This document shows, piece after piece, positions 1-10,124 of a DNA stretch of 64,000 nucleotides. Source of the DNA: Candidatus Hydrogenedentota bacterium (GTDB taxonomy: Bacteria; Hydrogenedentota; Hydrogenedentia; Hydrogenedentales; SLHB01); contig CAVUWV010000008.1 in NCBI GenBank assembly GCA_963745075.1, positions 192,001 to 256,000 on the forward strand, written 5' to 3'. The position numbers and the translations under genes were made by a program. The notes beneath the pieces are model-generated. The model searched no databases and was not told the DNA's origin. It saw only the letters and a list, made by a program, of their open reading frames with translations. How positions within the stretch are numbered: position 1 is the stretch's first letter; every line of letters begins with the position of its first letter.

Positions 1-1
1 G

Positions 2-733
2 GTGGAAGTCAATTCTTCGTTTTACCATCCTCCGAATCCCAAGCACGGCGAAGTCTGGATCCGAAAGGTCGAGGACAACCCCGCGTTCATGTTCACGTTC
101 AAACTCTGGGAACGATTTACCCACCAACGGGAACGTTTTCCATCGGAAGGCAACGTCGCCACGTACCGTCATGGCATTGCGCCGGTCGTGGCCGCGGGCA
201 AGTTGGGCGCCGTCCTGATTCAGTTTCCATGGAGCTTTCGCCGGACCCCGGAGAATCGAAAGTGGCTGGCGCGGATCCTGGACGTGTTTTCAGCGTACCC
301 CCTCGCGCTCGAAATTCGGCACGCGTCCTGGAATGTTCCGGAAGTCTACGACGGCCTGGCCCAGCGCAAGGTCGCGTTCTGCAACATCGACCAGCCCCTC
401 TTCACCGATTCCATCGAACCGTCGGACAAGGTCACCGCGCGCGTGGGCTATGTGCGCCTTCACGGCCGCAACGCAGCGGATTGGTTCCGGCAAGACGCCG
501 ACCGGAACGACCGCTACAACTACCTGTACAGTCCCAAGGAATTGGAGCAGTGGTTGACCATGGTCCGGCGCATGCGCAAACGGGCCAAGGAGATCTTTGT
601 CATCACCAACAACCACTTCGAGGGCCAGGCCATGGTGAACGCCTTCGAACTCAAGCATGCGCTCGAGGGCAAGTCCCAGCCGGTGCCGGAGTGTTTGGTG
701 GCGAAGTATCCTCGCTTGCAAGATGTGTGTTGA
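2..733 (+). CDS. DUF72 (YecE-like) protein, 5'-truncated at window edge
   Basis: Motifs VEVNSSFYHPP, LIQFPWSF, EIRHASW, YVRLHGRN, YNYLYS and VITNNH are typical of DUF72. Confidence 0.9.
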   Translation: MEVNSSFYHPPNPKHGEVWIRKVEDNPAFMFTFKLWERFTHQRERFPSEGNVATYRHGIAPVVAAGKLGAVLIQFPWSFRRTPENRKWLARILDVFSAYPLALEIRHASWNVPEVYDGLAQRKVAFCNIDQPLFTDSIEPSDKVTARVGYVRLHGRNAADWFRQDADRNDRYNYLYSPKELEQWLTMVRRMRKRAKEIFVITNNHFEGQAMVNAFELKHALEGKSQPVPECLVAKYPRLQDVC

Positions 734-772
734 ACGCTGTGGACGTGATGGACGATATGAACGAAGACGCTG

Positions 773-1882
773 CTATAAGTCTTCGGCCGCGGCTTCGAAG
801 GCCGTCGTCACATCGGCGAGATGCAGCGTCTGGTTGACGAGATGCTTGACCGGGTTCTTCTTGATGTAGGCCGTGTCCAGCTCCGGTGCGGCGAGGATCG
901 ATTCTTTGTTGGGCCACACGGCGGTTCCACGCAGGTCGAGCATGGCATGCTTCTCGAAGTACTCGAGCGTAATCTTCACTTCGCGAGGCAAGTCGGATAA
1001 TGCGGCCTGGTCGATGAACCTGCGTTCGGAACACGCGTGAAGCGTGGCGCGCACCGCGCTCACCAGTGCACCCTGATCGATCGGCGACGGGCGGTCGTGG
1101 AGGCAATGGAGATACAGCAGCGCGGCAACCGTCATGGCCACGTTAATCTCGACAAGCTCACTCATCGCTTCCACGAGACGAAAGTCCGCGGCGCGCTGCT
1201 CGGCACGATCCGCGTCGTGCGGCAAATACTGGGGCGGGCCAAAGGCGACGACCGATCGCTTCGTGACGGGGTTGTAACTGCGGGCCATGGGCACGGCGGG
1301 CACATGCAAGTCCGGCTTCCCGCGCTGGGCTTGGGCGAGAAAGAACGTAACGCCGCCCGGCTCGTCGATGCCGTCCCGATACTCCATGAACAACCCCGAG
1401 CGCGAGCGGCTGCGCCCCGGATACATGATGAACCCGTTTCCCTCGCGCAGCAGTTTCACGAAGGGCTTTAACTGGGAGAGCTGCACGTTGTCGCGGCTGA
1501 TTTGTTGGGCGCCGAGCATGCGGAGGAGTTCGTCCACGTCGACGATGCGCAGATTCGGAATGCCCGCGAAGAAATCGTCGCGCATCATATACCGGATTTC
1601 GCAGGACCAGCCGGTCACGCGATTTACAGCCCGGTACATGATGAAGGGGTCGTCCTTCTTGGCGTGGTTCCCCGCGTAGACCACCGGTCCCATGCGAGGG
1701 CAATGCTCGCCGCCCTTCACGAAAAGCGTTCGCGGCCACCCCATGACCCGGTCGAACAGCACGACGGCTTCCGGATACAAATCCAGAAGCGTGGGGCATT
1801 CCCCCAATCCCATGCGGTACCCAAGATAGCGGAGTAACCGCCAGGACACCCTGATCCATGCGTAGAGTTCGAACATATGCAT
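773..1882 (-). CDS. Glycerolipid acyltransferase (PlsC/GPAT-like) with C-terminal helical extension
   Basis: HX4D motif NHAKKDD and block III-like YPGRSRS; start ATG at 1882 or 1876. Confidence 0.75.
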   Translation of the reverse strand: MHMFELYAWIRVSWRLLRYLGYRMGLGECPTLLDLYPEAVVLFDRVMGWPRTLFVKGGEHCPRMGPVVYAGNHAKKDDPFIMYRAVNRVTGWSCEIRYMMRDDFFAGIPNLRIVDVDELLRMLGAQQISRDNVQLSQLKPFVKLLREGNGFIMYPGRSRSRSGLFMEYRDGIDEPGGVTFFLAQAQRGKPDLHVPAVPMARSYNPVTKRSVVAFGPPQYLPHDADRAEQRAADFRLVEAMSELVEINVAMTVAALLYLHCLHDRPSPIDQGALVSAVRATLHACSERRFIDQAALSDLPREVKITLEYFEKHAMLDLRGTAVWPNKESILAAPELDTAYIKKNPVKHLVNQTLHLADVTTAFEAAAEDL

Positions 1883-2003
1883 GCGAATTGTAATGATGTT
1901 CCCGCAAGTCGGGCAACTCGACGCCGGCATATCATGTTTTGATTACGTTCGACAGGTGTGTACTCTGTGTGCCGTTGAACGTTTCAGCAGACAATGGGGA
2001 TTC

Positions 2004-2798
2004 ATGGAAACCGCACTATTCGCTTTGGGAATGCTTCTGCTCGGCGCCGGCGTCGGGTTGATCAGCGCCGCGCTGGGGTTGGGCGGGGGCATACTCATGG
2101 TGCCGGCCTTTATCACGCTCGTGCCCGGCATGGACGCGCACACGGCCAAAGGCACGAGCATGTTTATCATTATATTTGTCGCCGCATTGAACACGTGGCG
2201 GCTGAATCGCGGTCACGAGGACCGGCATTGGGACCTCGCCGGCGCCATGGCAGCAGGCTCCATCGTGGGCGGGTACTTTGGCGCATGGGTCACGTCGAAG
2301 TTATCCAACGATGCCGTCATTTGGATTTACATCTTCTTTTTGCTCGCGGCGGCCGTGCGCACGTTCTTCATTAAACCGATCACGATTCAGGCCGAAGAGG
2401 TGCGGCGTCGTAACGGGCTCGCGACGTTCATCGGTCTTGGCGCGGGCACGGTCGGCGGCGGGACGGGCACCGGCGGAGGATTGCTCATGGTCCCGCTGTC
2501 GCTCATGGCGGGAATCATTACGAACGAACGCGTGGTCGCACTGTCGAACACGGTGATGGTGGCGACGGCCACGGCCGGCAGCATCGCCCATGTGACGGCG
2601 GCGAAGACAACGGACTTGCCCTGGACCGTTGGGCAGATCAGTTTCGCGCTGGCGCCGCTGGTGTTTATCGGGTCGCAGATTGCGGCGCCGTGGGGGCAAC
2701 GCGTGGGACGGCACCTTACCCTGCCGCGACGAAAGGTCGTGATGGGCGCACTACTCCTGGTGATCACCGTCCGATTGGTATATCAGGTTCTTGGGTGA
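2004..2798 (+). CDS. Sulfite exporter TauE/SafE family membrane protein
   Basis: GLGGGILMVP and GTGGGLLMVP internal repeat, AKGTS motif, about 8 TM segments; start trimmed to METALF. Confidence 0.85.
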   Translation: METALFALGMLLLGAGVGLISAALGLGGGILMVPAFITLVPGMDAHTAKGTSMFIIIFVAALNTWRLNRGHEDRHWDLAGAMAAGSIVGGYFGAWVTSKLSNDAVIWIYIFFLLAAAVRTFFIKPITIQAEEVRRRNGLATFIGLGAGTVGGGTGTGGGLLMVPLSLMAGIITNERVVALSNTVMVATATAGSIAHVTAAKTTDLPWTVGQISFALAPLVFIGSQIAAPWGQRVGRHLTLPRRKVVMGALLLVITVRLVYQVLG

Positions 2799-4227
2799 CG
2801 AGTTCTTCCGTGGTTTCGCGGGTCACGTGAAGAACGGGATAGCGCCACACGACCAACAATCCGAGAAACGCGAAAACTCCCGCCATCGGCCCGACGAGCA
2901 GGATGCCGGTTGGATTGCTGACGGAATTGCCGAAGGTGCTCATGCACACGTTGGAAAAGGCGATGGACAACGCCTGCCCTCCCTTAATGGCCATGGCGTT
3001 GACACCGTTGTAGCTGCCTTCACGACGCCGGCCCGAGGTCTTCTCGTCGAGGTCGATAATCTCGCCAACCATGGGAGTCAGCAAGACGTACTGCATGCCC
3101 TGTCCCAGCCCGCAATACCCGAAAAGAATGGCGCCCATGACGAGTCGCGTGTGCGGTTCGAACGGCAGCACGGCGATGGGATACATCAGGGGCAGGCCCG
3201 TGCCAATGAAGACAAACGACAAGGCCAGTTGCCACTTCACGGGCATGACTTTGCCGAGCAAGGGCATCCCCGCAAAGGCCATGAGCAGCGCTGAACCGAT
3301 GAAGGGGAGCAACATCAGCGTCACGGTGCTCTCGTCGCCACCCAAGCCCACCTCGACCCAGTTCGGCAACACGCGCTGCGTTGCAAGATAGCCGAGACTG
3401 AACAGGAAGATCGCGGCGATATACCGCAGAAAGACGCGATTTTGGAATACCTCGAAGATGTCGCGATAAGCGCCGCGTAGCGTAGCCGGCTTTCGCGCGC
3501 CCCTCTCGGGTTCCCGTTCGCGGACCACCCAGACCACCATTTGAAACGTCGCCAACGCGATCAAGGAAAAGAAAATGGCCGTCCGTTGATAGCCCACGGC
3601 GGAAAACGCCGGCTCATCGCCAATCCCGGTTGATGCATGGCGAGCGGGGTCCAAGAGGTCGATCAAGGTCCCCGAGATTGCGGCGGCGAGGGCGAGCCCG
3701 AGGATCATACCGACGGCAATCCACACGCCGAGTTTGATGCGCGCCTGCTGCGACCGCGCCACTTCGGGCGCCATGGCCAAGAGGGGAACGACGGTGATGG
3801 TGAAAAATGCGAAGTGCAAACACAACATCGTGCTGCCATAAACGAAGTTAAAGAACGATGTCTCTGGAATGGGCGGGTACCAGAAGAAGATCCCGGTGAA
3901 GGTCATCAAAATCGAACCCCAGAAAATGAAGGGGCGCCGACGTCCTCGAATGGGAAAGATACGCCGCCGGCTGGGATTGGTGCGGGTCTCGTCGGACCAG
4001 ACGCCGACGAGCGGGTCGGTGACTGCGTCAAAGAAGCGTCCCACCACGAACATGGGCAGAATCAGGCCGAGAGCGATGTAGATGGTGCGGCCGCCGCCGA
4101 CCGTGGGCGAGTAGAAGTAGTGCCCGAACTGGCTGAGGAATTCGCTGCTGAGTTGCACGCCGATGGCCGAGAGGCAGAAGGCTAACCCTTCGTACCACGT
4201 GAATTCCTTCGACGCGCGTTGGCGCAT
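2764..4227 (-). CDS. MFS transporter, GPH (Na+/melibiose symporter-like) family
   Basis: DAVTDPLVGVWSD, GRRRPFI and IIDLDEKTSGRRREGSY motifs; about 12 TM. Confidence 0.88.
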   Translation of the reverse strand: MRQRASKEFTWYEGLAFCLSAIGVQLSSEFLSQFGHYFYSPTVGGGRTIYIALGLILPMFVVGRFFDAVTDPLVGVWSDETRTNPSRRRIFPIRGRRRPFIFWGSILMTFTGIFFWYPPIPETSFFNFVYGSTMLCLHFAFFTITVVPLLAMAPEVARSQQARIKLGVWIAVGMILGLALAAAISGTLIDLLDPARHASTGIGDEPAFSAVGYQRTAIFFSLIALATFQMVVWVVREREPERGARKPATLRGAYRDIFEVFQNRVFLRYIAAIFLFSLGYLATQRVLPNWVEVGLGGDESTVTLMLLPFIGSALLMAFAGMPLLGKVMPVKWQLALSFVFIGTGLPLMYPIAVLPFEPHTRLVMGAILFGYCGLGQGMQYVLLTPMVGEIIDLDEKTSGRRREGSYNGVNAMAIKGGQALSIAFSNVCMSTFGNSVSNPTGILLVGPMAGVFAFLGLLVVWRYPVLHVTRETTEELVTQEPDIPIGR

Positions 4228-4230
4228 TCC

Positions 4231-5544
4231 CTATGCGCCGATATGGGCGCCGTCCGGGATCACGGCATTCTTCAGAACAATGACCACGCCATCGCGGACG
4301 GCCCAACCATCGCCGTCCGAATCGGGAAGCTCGTCCGAACCGCGAATGACGACGTTCTTGCCGATCCGCGTGTTCTTGTCGATGATGGCGTTGACGATCT
4401 CGGTCCCTTCCCCGATGGCCATGGGAATGGAAGTCTGGTATTCGCGCTCGTTTTCGTAAAAATCCGCTCCCATGACGACGCTGCGGTCGATGCGAACCTT
4501 CGGATGCACGATCGTTCGGATGCCGATGATGGATTCCGTAATGGTCGCATCCACGATGTGGGTGCCCTCGCAGATCACGGAATCCTTGATCGTCGCGTTC
4601 TGAATCCGCGCGCCGGGGAGGTAGCGTGGCCGACTGTAAATGGGTTTCCCCTCGGCATGGAAATCAAAATCCGGCTCGGACGCCGTCAACGACAGGCTCG
4701 TCTCGTAAAAAGACCGGACGGTCCCGATGTCCTCCCAGAATCCGCCGAAGACGAAGGATTGCACGTGAAGGTTGTCGAGTGATTTCGGAATAACGTCCTT
4801 TCCGAAATCGATCCAGTCGGGTTGCGAACTGAGAATGGACTCGAGGACCTGCGGTTTGAAGAGGTACACGCCCATGGACCCTAGATAGGGCCGGCCCTCC
4901 GCGTTGATACCGTACTCCGCGAAGACGCTGCCGGGGGTGACCAATCGGTCCAGGGCCTCGTTGGTCGTCGGTTTTTCGACAAACTCAATGATTCGGCCCT
5001 CGTTGTTGACGTTCAGAATGCCGAAGCCCTTGGCCTGGTCGCGGGTCACCGGTAATACCGCCACGGTGATGTCCGCATCCGTCCGCAAATGTACTGACAG
5101 CATCGCGCGGTAATCCATGCGATACAATTGGTCCCCGGAAAGAATGAGATATTGGCTGGCCTGGAGGTGATTGATTTCGCGGAGATGCTTGCGCACCGCG
5201 TCCGCGGTGCCCTGGAACCAGTCGCCGCTCTCGGCGCGTTGTTCGGCGGCAAGAATCTCCACGAAGCCTTTGGAGAAATTGTCGAACTTATAGGTGTTGT
5301 TAATGTGGCGATGCAGCGAGGCGCTGTTAAATTGAGTGAGCACAAAGACGCGCTTGATACCGGAGTGAATGCAGTTACTCAGGGGGATATCGACGAGGCG
5401 GTAGCGGCCTCCGAGAGGCACCGCCGGTTTCGCCCGTTCCGCGGTCAGGGGATGGAGGCGCGTGCCCCGTCCGCCGCCCAACACCAAAGCGATGATCTTT
5501 TCGGTTGTTTCCGCGATGGATGGTTTCTTTTTCTTGGTATCCAT
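4231..5544 (-). CDS. glgC: Glucose-1-phosphate adenylyltransferase
   Basis: LGGGRGTRLHPLT, RAKPAVP, YRLVDIPLSNC, WFQGTADAVR, ILSGDQLYRMDY and FVEKP. Confidence 0.97.
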   Translation of the reverse strand: MDTKKKKPSIAETTEKIIALVLGGGRGTRLHPLTAERAKPAVPLGGRYRLVDIPLSNCIHSGIKRVFVLTQFNSASLHRHINNTYKFDNFSKGFVEILAAEQRAESGDWFQGTADAVRKHLREINHLQASQYLILSGDQLYRMDYRAMLSVHLRTDADITVAVLPVTRDQAKGFGILNVNNEGRIIEFVEKPTTNEALDRLVTPGSVFAEYGINAEGRPYLGSMGVYLFKPQVLESILSSQPDWIDFGKDVIPKSLDNLHVQSFVFGGFWEDIGTVRSFYETSLSLTASEPDFDFHAEGKPIYSRPRYLPGARIQNATIKDSVICEGTHIVDATITESIIGIRTIVHPKVRIDRSVVMGADFYENEREYQTSIPMAIGEGTEIVNAIIDKNTRIGKNVVIRGSDELPDSDGDGWAVRDGVVIVLKNAVIPDGAHIGA

Positions 5545-5622
5545 AGTCGCCGCCTCTCTCGCGATAGCCGGAAGCCACCACATTCGTTGTTCCGCAGGAA
5601 TCGACGGGAGGGCGCACTTCGC

Positions 5623-6531
5623 TTAACCGTGCCCGAAGGATCTCCCACCGTATATGATCGCGATGCTCGTGAGACCCCACAAAAGCACCGTAATCAGCAG
5701 CGGCACGTCGCGCAACAGCGTTCGGCTGGGGTCGCCGCCGCCGCGTTTATGATGGACCAAATAGAGGTAACGGAACAACCCGTATACCACGAATGGAAGC
5801 GAAAGATAGAGTTTGTCCGTGCCGGTTCGTTCCACAACTTCCGGGGAACACGTATAGATCGTGTAAGTCAGCAGCGTGGCGCCCGCCAGAATCATCATGA
5901 GCGAATCCAAGTACGGCACCGTGTAGTGACCCAGGACTTCGCGATGGCGGATGGCCTCGGCGTCGAGCAGGCCGATCTCGCGACGCCGCTTCCCGAGGGC
6001 GAGAAACAGGGCGAGAAACAGCGTGCACACCACGAGCCAGTTCGTAAACCGCACGTCGAGCACGACCGCCCCGGCGATGCCGCGGATGGCGAATCCCATG
6101 GCGATGGCGATGACATCGACCAGCATGATCTTCTTGAGCGCGAAGGAATAGAGCAGGTTGAGCACCAAAAACCCGATCACGGTCAGGCAAAACTTCGGAT
6201 GCAGCGCGTATGCCGCAAGCAAACTCCCGACGGTCAGCGTCACCAGCAGCGCAACCGCCGCGGGAATGGAGACAACTCCGCTGGCGATGGGCCGGGAACG
6301 TTTGTCGGGGTGGGCGCGGTCCTTTTCCCGGTCGAGGATGTCGTTCAACACGTAGACCGCGCTGGAGGCCGCGCACAGGACCACGAACGCCGCCACGCTG
6401 CGCAGAATCTGCTCCGGCCGGGTCAGTTCGAAAGCGAACACCAACGCCGCGAAAACGACGAGATTCTTGGGCCATTGGTAGACGCGCAAGGCGCTGGTGT
6501 AGGACGCAAATATGCTCGGGTGTGTATTCAT
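5623..6531 (-). CDS. UbiA-family decaprenyl-phosphate phosphoribosyltransferase-like protein
   Basis: QWPKNLVVF, YVLNDILDREKDRAHPDKRSRPIASG and LALGKRRRE; start trimmed to MNTHP. Confidence 0.88.
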   Translation of the reverse strand: MNTHPSIFASYTSALRVYQWPKNLVVFAALVFAFELTRPEQILRSVAAFVVLCAASSAVYVLNDILDREKDRAHPDKRSRPIASGVVSIPAAVALLVTLTVGSLLAAYALHPKFCLTVIGFLVLNLLYSFALKKIMLVDVIAIAMGFAIRGIAGAVVLDVRFTNWLVVCTLFLALFLALGKRRREIGLLDAEAIRHREVLGHYTVPYLDSLMMILAGATLLTYTIYTCSPEVVERTGTDKLYLSLPFVVYGLFRYLYLVHHKRGGGDPSRTLLRDVPLLITVLLWGLTSIAIIYGGRSFGHG

Positions 6532-6663
6532 AACGGCGCGGCATTCTCCCCAACGAATGAGGATCAAGTCAAGAAACCCGGTGCCCGGCGGGTTCGTTGA
6601 TCTTTTCCCGCCCATCCAGTAGCGTGGACGGCGGCGTGCGAAATCGAGAAGTGGAGAAGCTGT

Positions 6664-8430
6664 ATGGACGAATCGCTGGGGCAGTCGCTGGCCGGTTTTG
6701 ATGCCGCGTTGCGCCGCTTGCGAACCGCCTTGTCCGCCGATCCCGCGGTGCGGGAGACGGTGTTTGCCGATTCCGATGAATGGGCGAACCTCCTCGCGTA
6801 TAAACTCGTTCCGCACATGGCGGGCGAAGGATGCCTTATCGCCGCGGTCACGGGTGGCACCAATACCGGAAAATCCACCGTCTTTAATCTGCTGGTCGGC
6901 CGGGACGTCAGCCCCATGACGGCGACGGCGGCCGCCACGCGACGCCCCGTGCTGGCGGCCAATCCTTCCCGCGCCGCGGAATGCCTGGAAGGCAAGCTGG
7001 TCCCCGAGTTTCAACCTCTTCCCTTAATGGACCCGCAATCGGCCGTGGCGCGGGATACGCCCGAGGACGCCCTGTATGTGGCCGAAACAGACCGGCTTCC
7101 CGAGCGGCTCGTCCTCCTCGACACGCCGGACGTGGATTCCATCGAGCGCGAACACTGGCTCGTGGCGGACAACATCCGCGCGGCGGGGGACGTGCTGGTC
7201 GCGGTGCTGACCGGCGAGAAGTACAAAGACGACCGCGTGGTGGCGTATTTCCGGCAAGCGGCTGCTTCCGGGCGGGTGGTCGTGCCGGTCATGAACAAGG
7301 CGAACCCCGAAGATGACTACGCCGTGGCGCGCCGGCAACTCGAGGAATTTCGCGCCGACGTGCAATGTGACGGGCCGGTCTTCGTATTGCCCCATGATTT
7401 CAGTATCGCGAAGAACCTGGACTATTCCATTCAGTCACTGGATGGCGAGGAGGCACTGGGCGCATATCTGCTGGGTCTCGATGTCCCCGCCATCAAGGAG
7501 CGGGTCTATCGATCCACGGTCGATCATTTCATCGCCCGGGCGGAGACATTTCTCGAACACGTAGATTCCGTGGGCGGCGTGTTGCGCTCCGTCGCCGACG
7601 AGATGGCCGCGCGCGCGGAGAGCTACTCGCAGCGCTATGACCCCGCGCCGGGCAGTGAAGTCGGCGGGCTGTTCCACGAATATGTCCAATCGCGCCGGGG
7701 CGCCGTGTTTCGATGGATTGGCGATGGGAGTAAAGTGGTCGTCCGGGGTGCGTCAGCGGTGGGGCGCACCATCCAAAACGCGTTTCGCCGGCGCGCGGTC
7801 CTGGAAGCACCACCGCAACGGCAGACCGACAAGGAAATTCGCGACACCCACGCGCGGTCCATCGAGCGCATCACACGGGATCTCGCCGCGGATTACATTG
7901 AAACCGCGCGCAATTTGCGTGAACCGGCCGCCCACTTGGTCGAGGAACCGCTGAACCAACTGAACGTCGATGAAGCGATGGACGCGGTGGTCAAGCAGAC
8001 CCTGCATTCAGAAAGCATTTCCGAGGAGTTTCGCCGTCACGCCTACAAGATGCTCGATACCTGGTGGGAGGATCACAAGGGTAGACGCCGCATCCTGGAG
8101 GCGTTGGACGGTATTCTGGCAGTCACACCGGCGGCGATTGCCGTGCCCATTTCGTTGCATACGGGTGGATTGGGCGTCGCGGAGACGGTCGTGGTTGCGG
8201 GACCTATCGTCGAACAATTTGTGGCGCGCGTGATCGAGTACCAGTTCGGCGACGCGCTGTTCGATTTCCTGTCGCCGTGGCGCGCGGAACAGCGGCAAGC
8301 GCTCGAGCGGGCACTGCTGGACCGCTTGACGAACCCCGGCCTGCAGCGGTTGCACGAGACGCTGGAGCCCTTGGAGGGAGAACCCATGGCGGAACTGAGG
8401 AGGTGGCTGGAATCGTGTCGCACAGCCTGA
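6664..8430 (+). CDS. Dynamin-like / Era-TRAFAC GTPase (subunit 1)
   Basis: G1 GGTNTGKST, G3 DTPD, G4 NKAN; long helical C-terminus with a hydrophobic stretch. Confidence 0.8.
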   Translation: MDESLGQSLAGFDAALRRLRTALSADPAVRETVFADSDEWANLLAYKLVPHMAGEGCLIAAVTGGTNTGKSTVFNLLVGRDVSPMTATAAATRRPVLAANPSRAAECLEGKLVPEFQPLPLMDPQSAVARDTPEDALYVAETDRLPERLVLLDTPDVDSIEREHWLVADNIRAAGDVLVAVLTGEKYKDDRVVAYFRQAAASGRVVVPVMNKANPEDDYAVARRQLEEFRADVQCDGPVFVLPHDFSIAKNLDYSIQSLDGEEALGAYLLGLDVPAIKERVYRSTVDHFIARAETFLEHVDSVGGVLRSVADEMAARAESYSQRYDPAPGSEVGGLFHEYVQSRRGAVFRWIGDGSKVVVRGASAVGRTIQNAFRRRAVLEAPPQRQTDKEIRDTHARSIERITRDLAADYIETARNLREPAAHLVEEPLNQLNVDEAMDAVVKQTLHSESISEEFRRHAYKMLDTWWEDHKGRRRILEALDGILAVTPAAIAVPISLHTGGLGVAETVVVAGPIVEQFVARVIEYQFGDALFDFLSPWRAEQRQALERALLDRLTNPGLQRLHETLEPLEGEPMAELRRWLESCRTA

Positions 8431-10073
8431 GCACAATCCTGGCGCGGCTCGACGAGCTGGCGTCGTACGACGGTCCCTGGCGTCCGCTGCGGGACGAGAC
8501 ACCCCTGTTGCGCGCGCGACTCGCGGAACTCCGGGAACGGGAATCGCGGCTGGACGGGTTGCTGGTGGTGGCGCTGGTCGGGGGATCGGGGGTCGGCAAG
8601 TCGACGTTCCTGAACGCCCTCGCCGGTGATCAGTTGGCCGCGACCTCGGAGTACCGGCCATGCACGTCGGTCCCGACGGTGTACCAGCCCCCAGGTGCGG
8701 CCTTCGGTCCGGAATCGTGGAACCGGATCTATGGCTCCGCTCTCGAACATCTCATCATTCTCGACACGCCTGATTCGGATACCATCGTGCGCGAGCATCG
8801 CGATATGGTCATCGAAGCGCTGTCGCAGGCCGACCTCATCATGCTGTGCGGCAGCCCGGACAAGTACCTCGACGAGGCCACGTGGTCGTTGCTTCGTCCG
8901 TTGAGGGACGAACGGACGATGGTGTGCGTGGAGTCCAAGGCGGATCTCGAATCAGAGAGCGTGCGCGATCATTGGATGGGGCGGCTCAAAGAGCAGGGCT
9001 TCACCATCGCCGGGTATTTTCGGGTGAGCGCGCGGCGCACGCTCGATCGTAAATTGACCGGACAGCCGCCTGGCGACAACGAATACGATTTCCCGCAACT
9101 CGAACAATTCCTGCGGCAAGAACTTTCGATCGAGCAGGTCCGCCGTATCAAACGGTCGAACGCCTACGGATTGTTGGCGAAAACTTTGGGCACCTTGCTC
9201 GAACGTGTAGGCAACGGTGTCCCTGCGCTGGAGTCGTTGCAGGAAACCCTGTCGGAGTGCGACAAGAAGGCGACGAAGGAAACCTGCGCCATCATCGGCC
9301 GCCGCATCTTCGCGGAGCCGCATCTCTGGAACTTCGCGCTAGGCAAGGAAATCAGTCTGCGGGCGAAGGGTATCGTCGGCACGCTCTACCGCGTGCTGGA
9401 AGCCTTGCGTACGCTGCCGGCACGCATGTCGGGCTGGTTGCGTTGGACGCCGGTGTCGCCGGCCGGACGGCAGGCGGCTTCCCTGCTCACGGAACAGAAT
9501 CTGCTCTCGGAAGACATTGACATCGCCACGCCCGACGTGCAGGACAGTTACGAACAATACCACAGCGAACTGGCCGTGACGTTCGCCCGCGCGGGGTTCG
9601 ATCACGGTGACGCGGAAGCGGGATTCGAAACGTTTGCGTCAGGTGTCCGGCAACGGCTGGCCGCCTTGTTGCGCGGCGCGGCGCGCGACCGGGTCGTTTC
9701 CCGATCGCGACTGCTGACCAGTTGGCCTGCGACCTTTCTTGCCGACGCGCTGCCCATCGCGTTCGTCGCCTATGCGGGCTACCGCATCGTGGACGACTAC
9801 TTCCTGGGCATCACGCTGACGAGCGATTATTTCCTGCATGCTAGCGCGGTGCTCGCGATATTGCTCGCGGTGGAATTGCTGCTCATGTCGACGGTGGCGC
9901 GTTTCCTCGCGTGGTCCGCGCGGTCGCGGGCGACGCGCGATCTGCGGTCTGTTCTGCTCGCCGGAGGAATTGCCTTTGCTCCGGAACGGGCGGCGCTCGA
10001 TGAGGCGTTGCAGAAGGCCCGGTTAGTCGAATCGCTGCACCGGGAGCTGACCGCGGGGCAGGTGGGACCGTGA
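8415..10073 (+). CDS. Dynamin-like GTPase (subunit 2) with C-terminal TM helices
   Basis: G1 GGSGVGKST, G3 DTPD, G4-like SKAD; two hydrophobic helices near the C-terminus; GTG start overlaps the upstream gene. Confidence 0.8.
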   Translation: MSHSLSTILARLDELASYDGPWRPLRDETPLLRARLAELRERESRLDGLLVVALVGGSGVGKSTFLNALAGDQLAATSEYRPCTSVPTVYQPPGAAFGPESWNRIYGSALEHLIILDTPDSDTIVREHRDMVIEALSQADLIMLCGSPDKYLDEATWSLLRPLRDERTMVCVESKADLESESVRDHWMGRLKEQGFTIAGYFRVSARRTLDRKLTGQPPGDNEYDFPQLEQFLRQELSIEQVRRIKRSNAYGLLAKTLGTLLERVGNGVPALESLQETLSECDKKATKETCAIIGRRIFAEPHLWNFALGKEISLRAKGIVGTLYRVLEALRTLPARMSGWLRWTPVSPAGRQAASLLTEQNLLSEDIDIATPDVQDSYEQYHSELAVTFARAGFDHGDAEAGFETFASGVRQRLAALLRGAARDRVVSRSRLLTSWPATFLADALPIAFVAYAGYRIVDDYFLGITLTSDYFLHASAVLAILLAVELLLMSTVARFLAWSARSRATRDLRSVLLAGGIAFAPERAALDEALQKARLVESLHRELTAGQVGP

Positions 10074-10110
10074 TCGGACGGATCCGACCGATTGGTCCGA
10101 TCCGTCGGAT
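10072..10110. repeat. Dispersed 9-bp-periodic repeat, copy 1
   Basis: gatcggacggatccgaccgat core also occurs as reverse complement at 41281-41320 and nearly identical at 47863-47891. Confidence 0.75.
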
Positions 10111-10124
10111 GGCGAGCAGTCCCG

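Noticed and set aside
10072..10110. Possible CRISPR-like repeats
   Set aside because: Short periodic units without unique 30-40 bp spacers, copies far apart, and no cas genes
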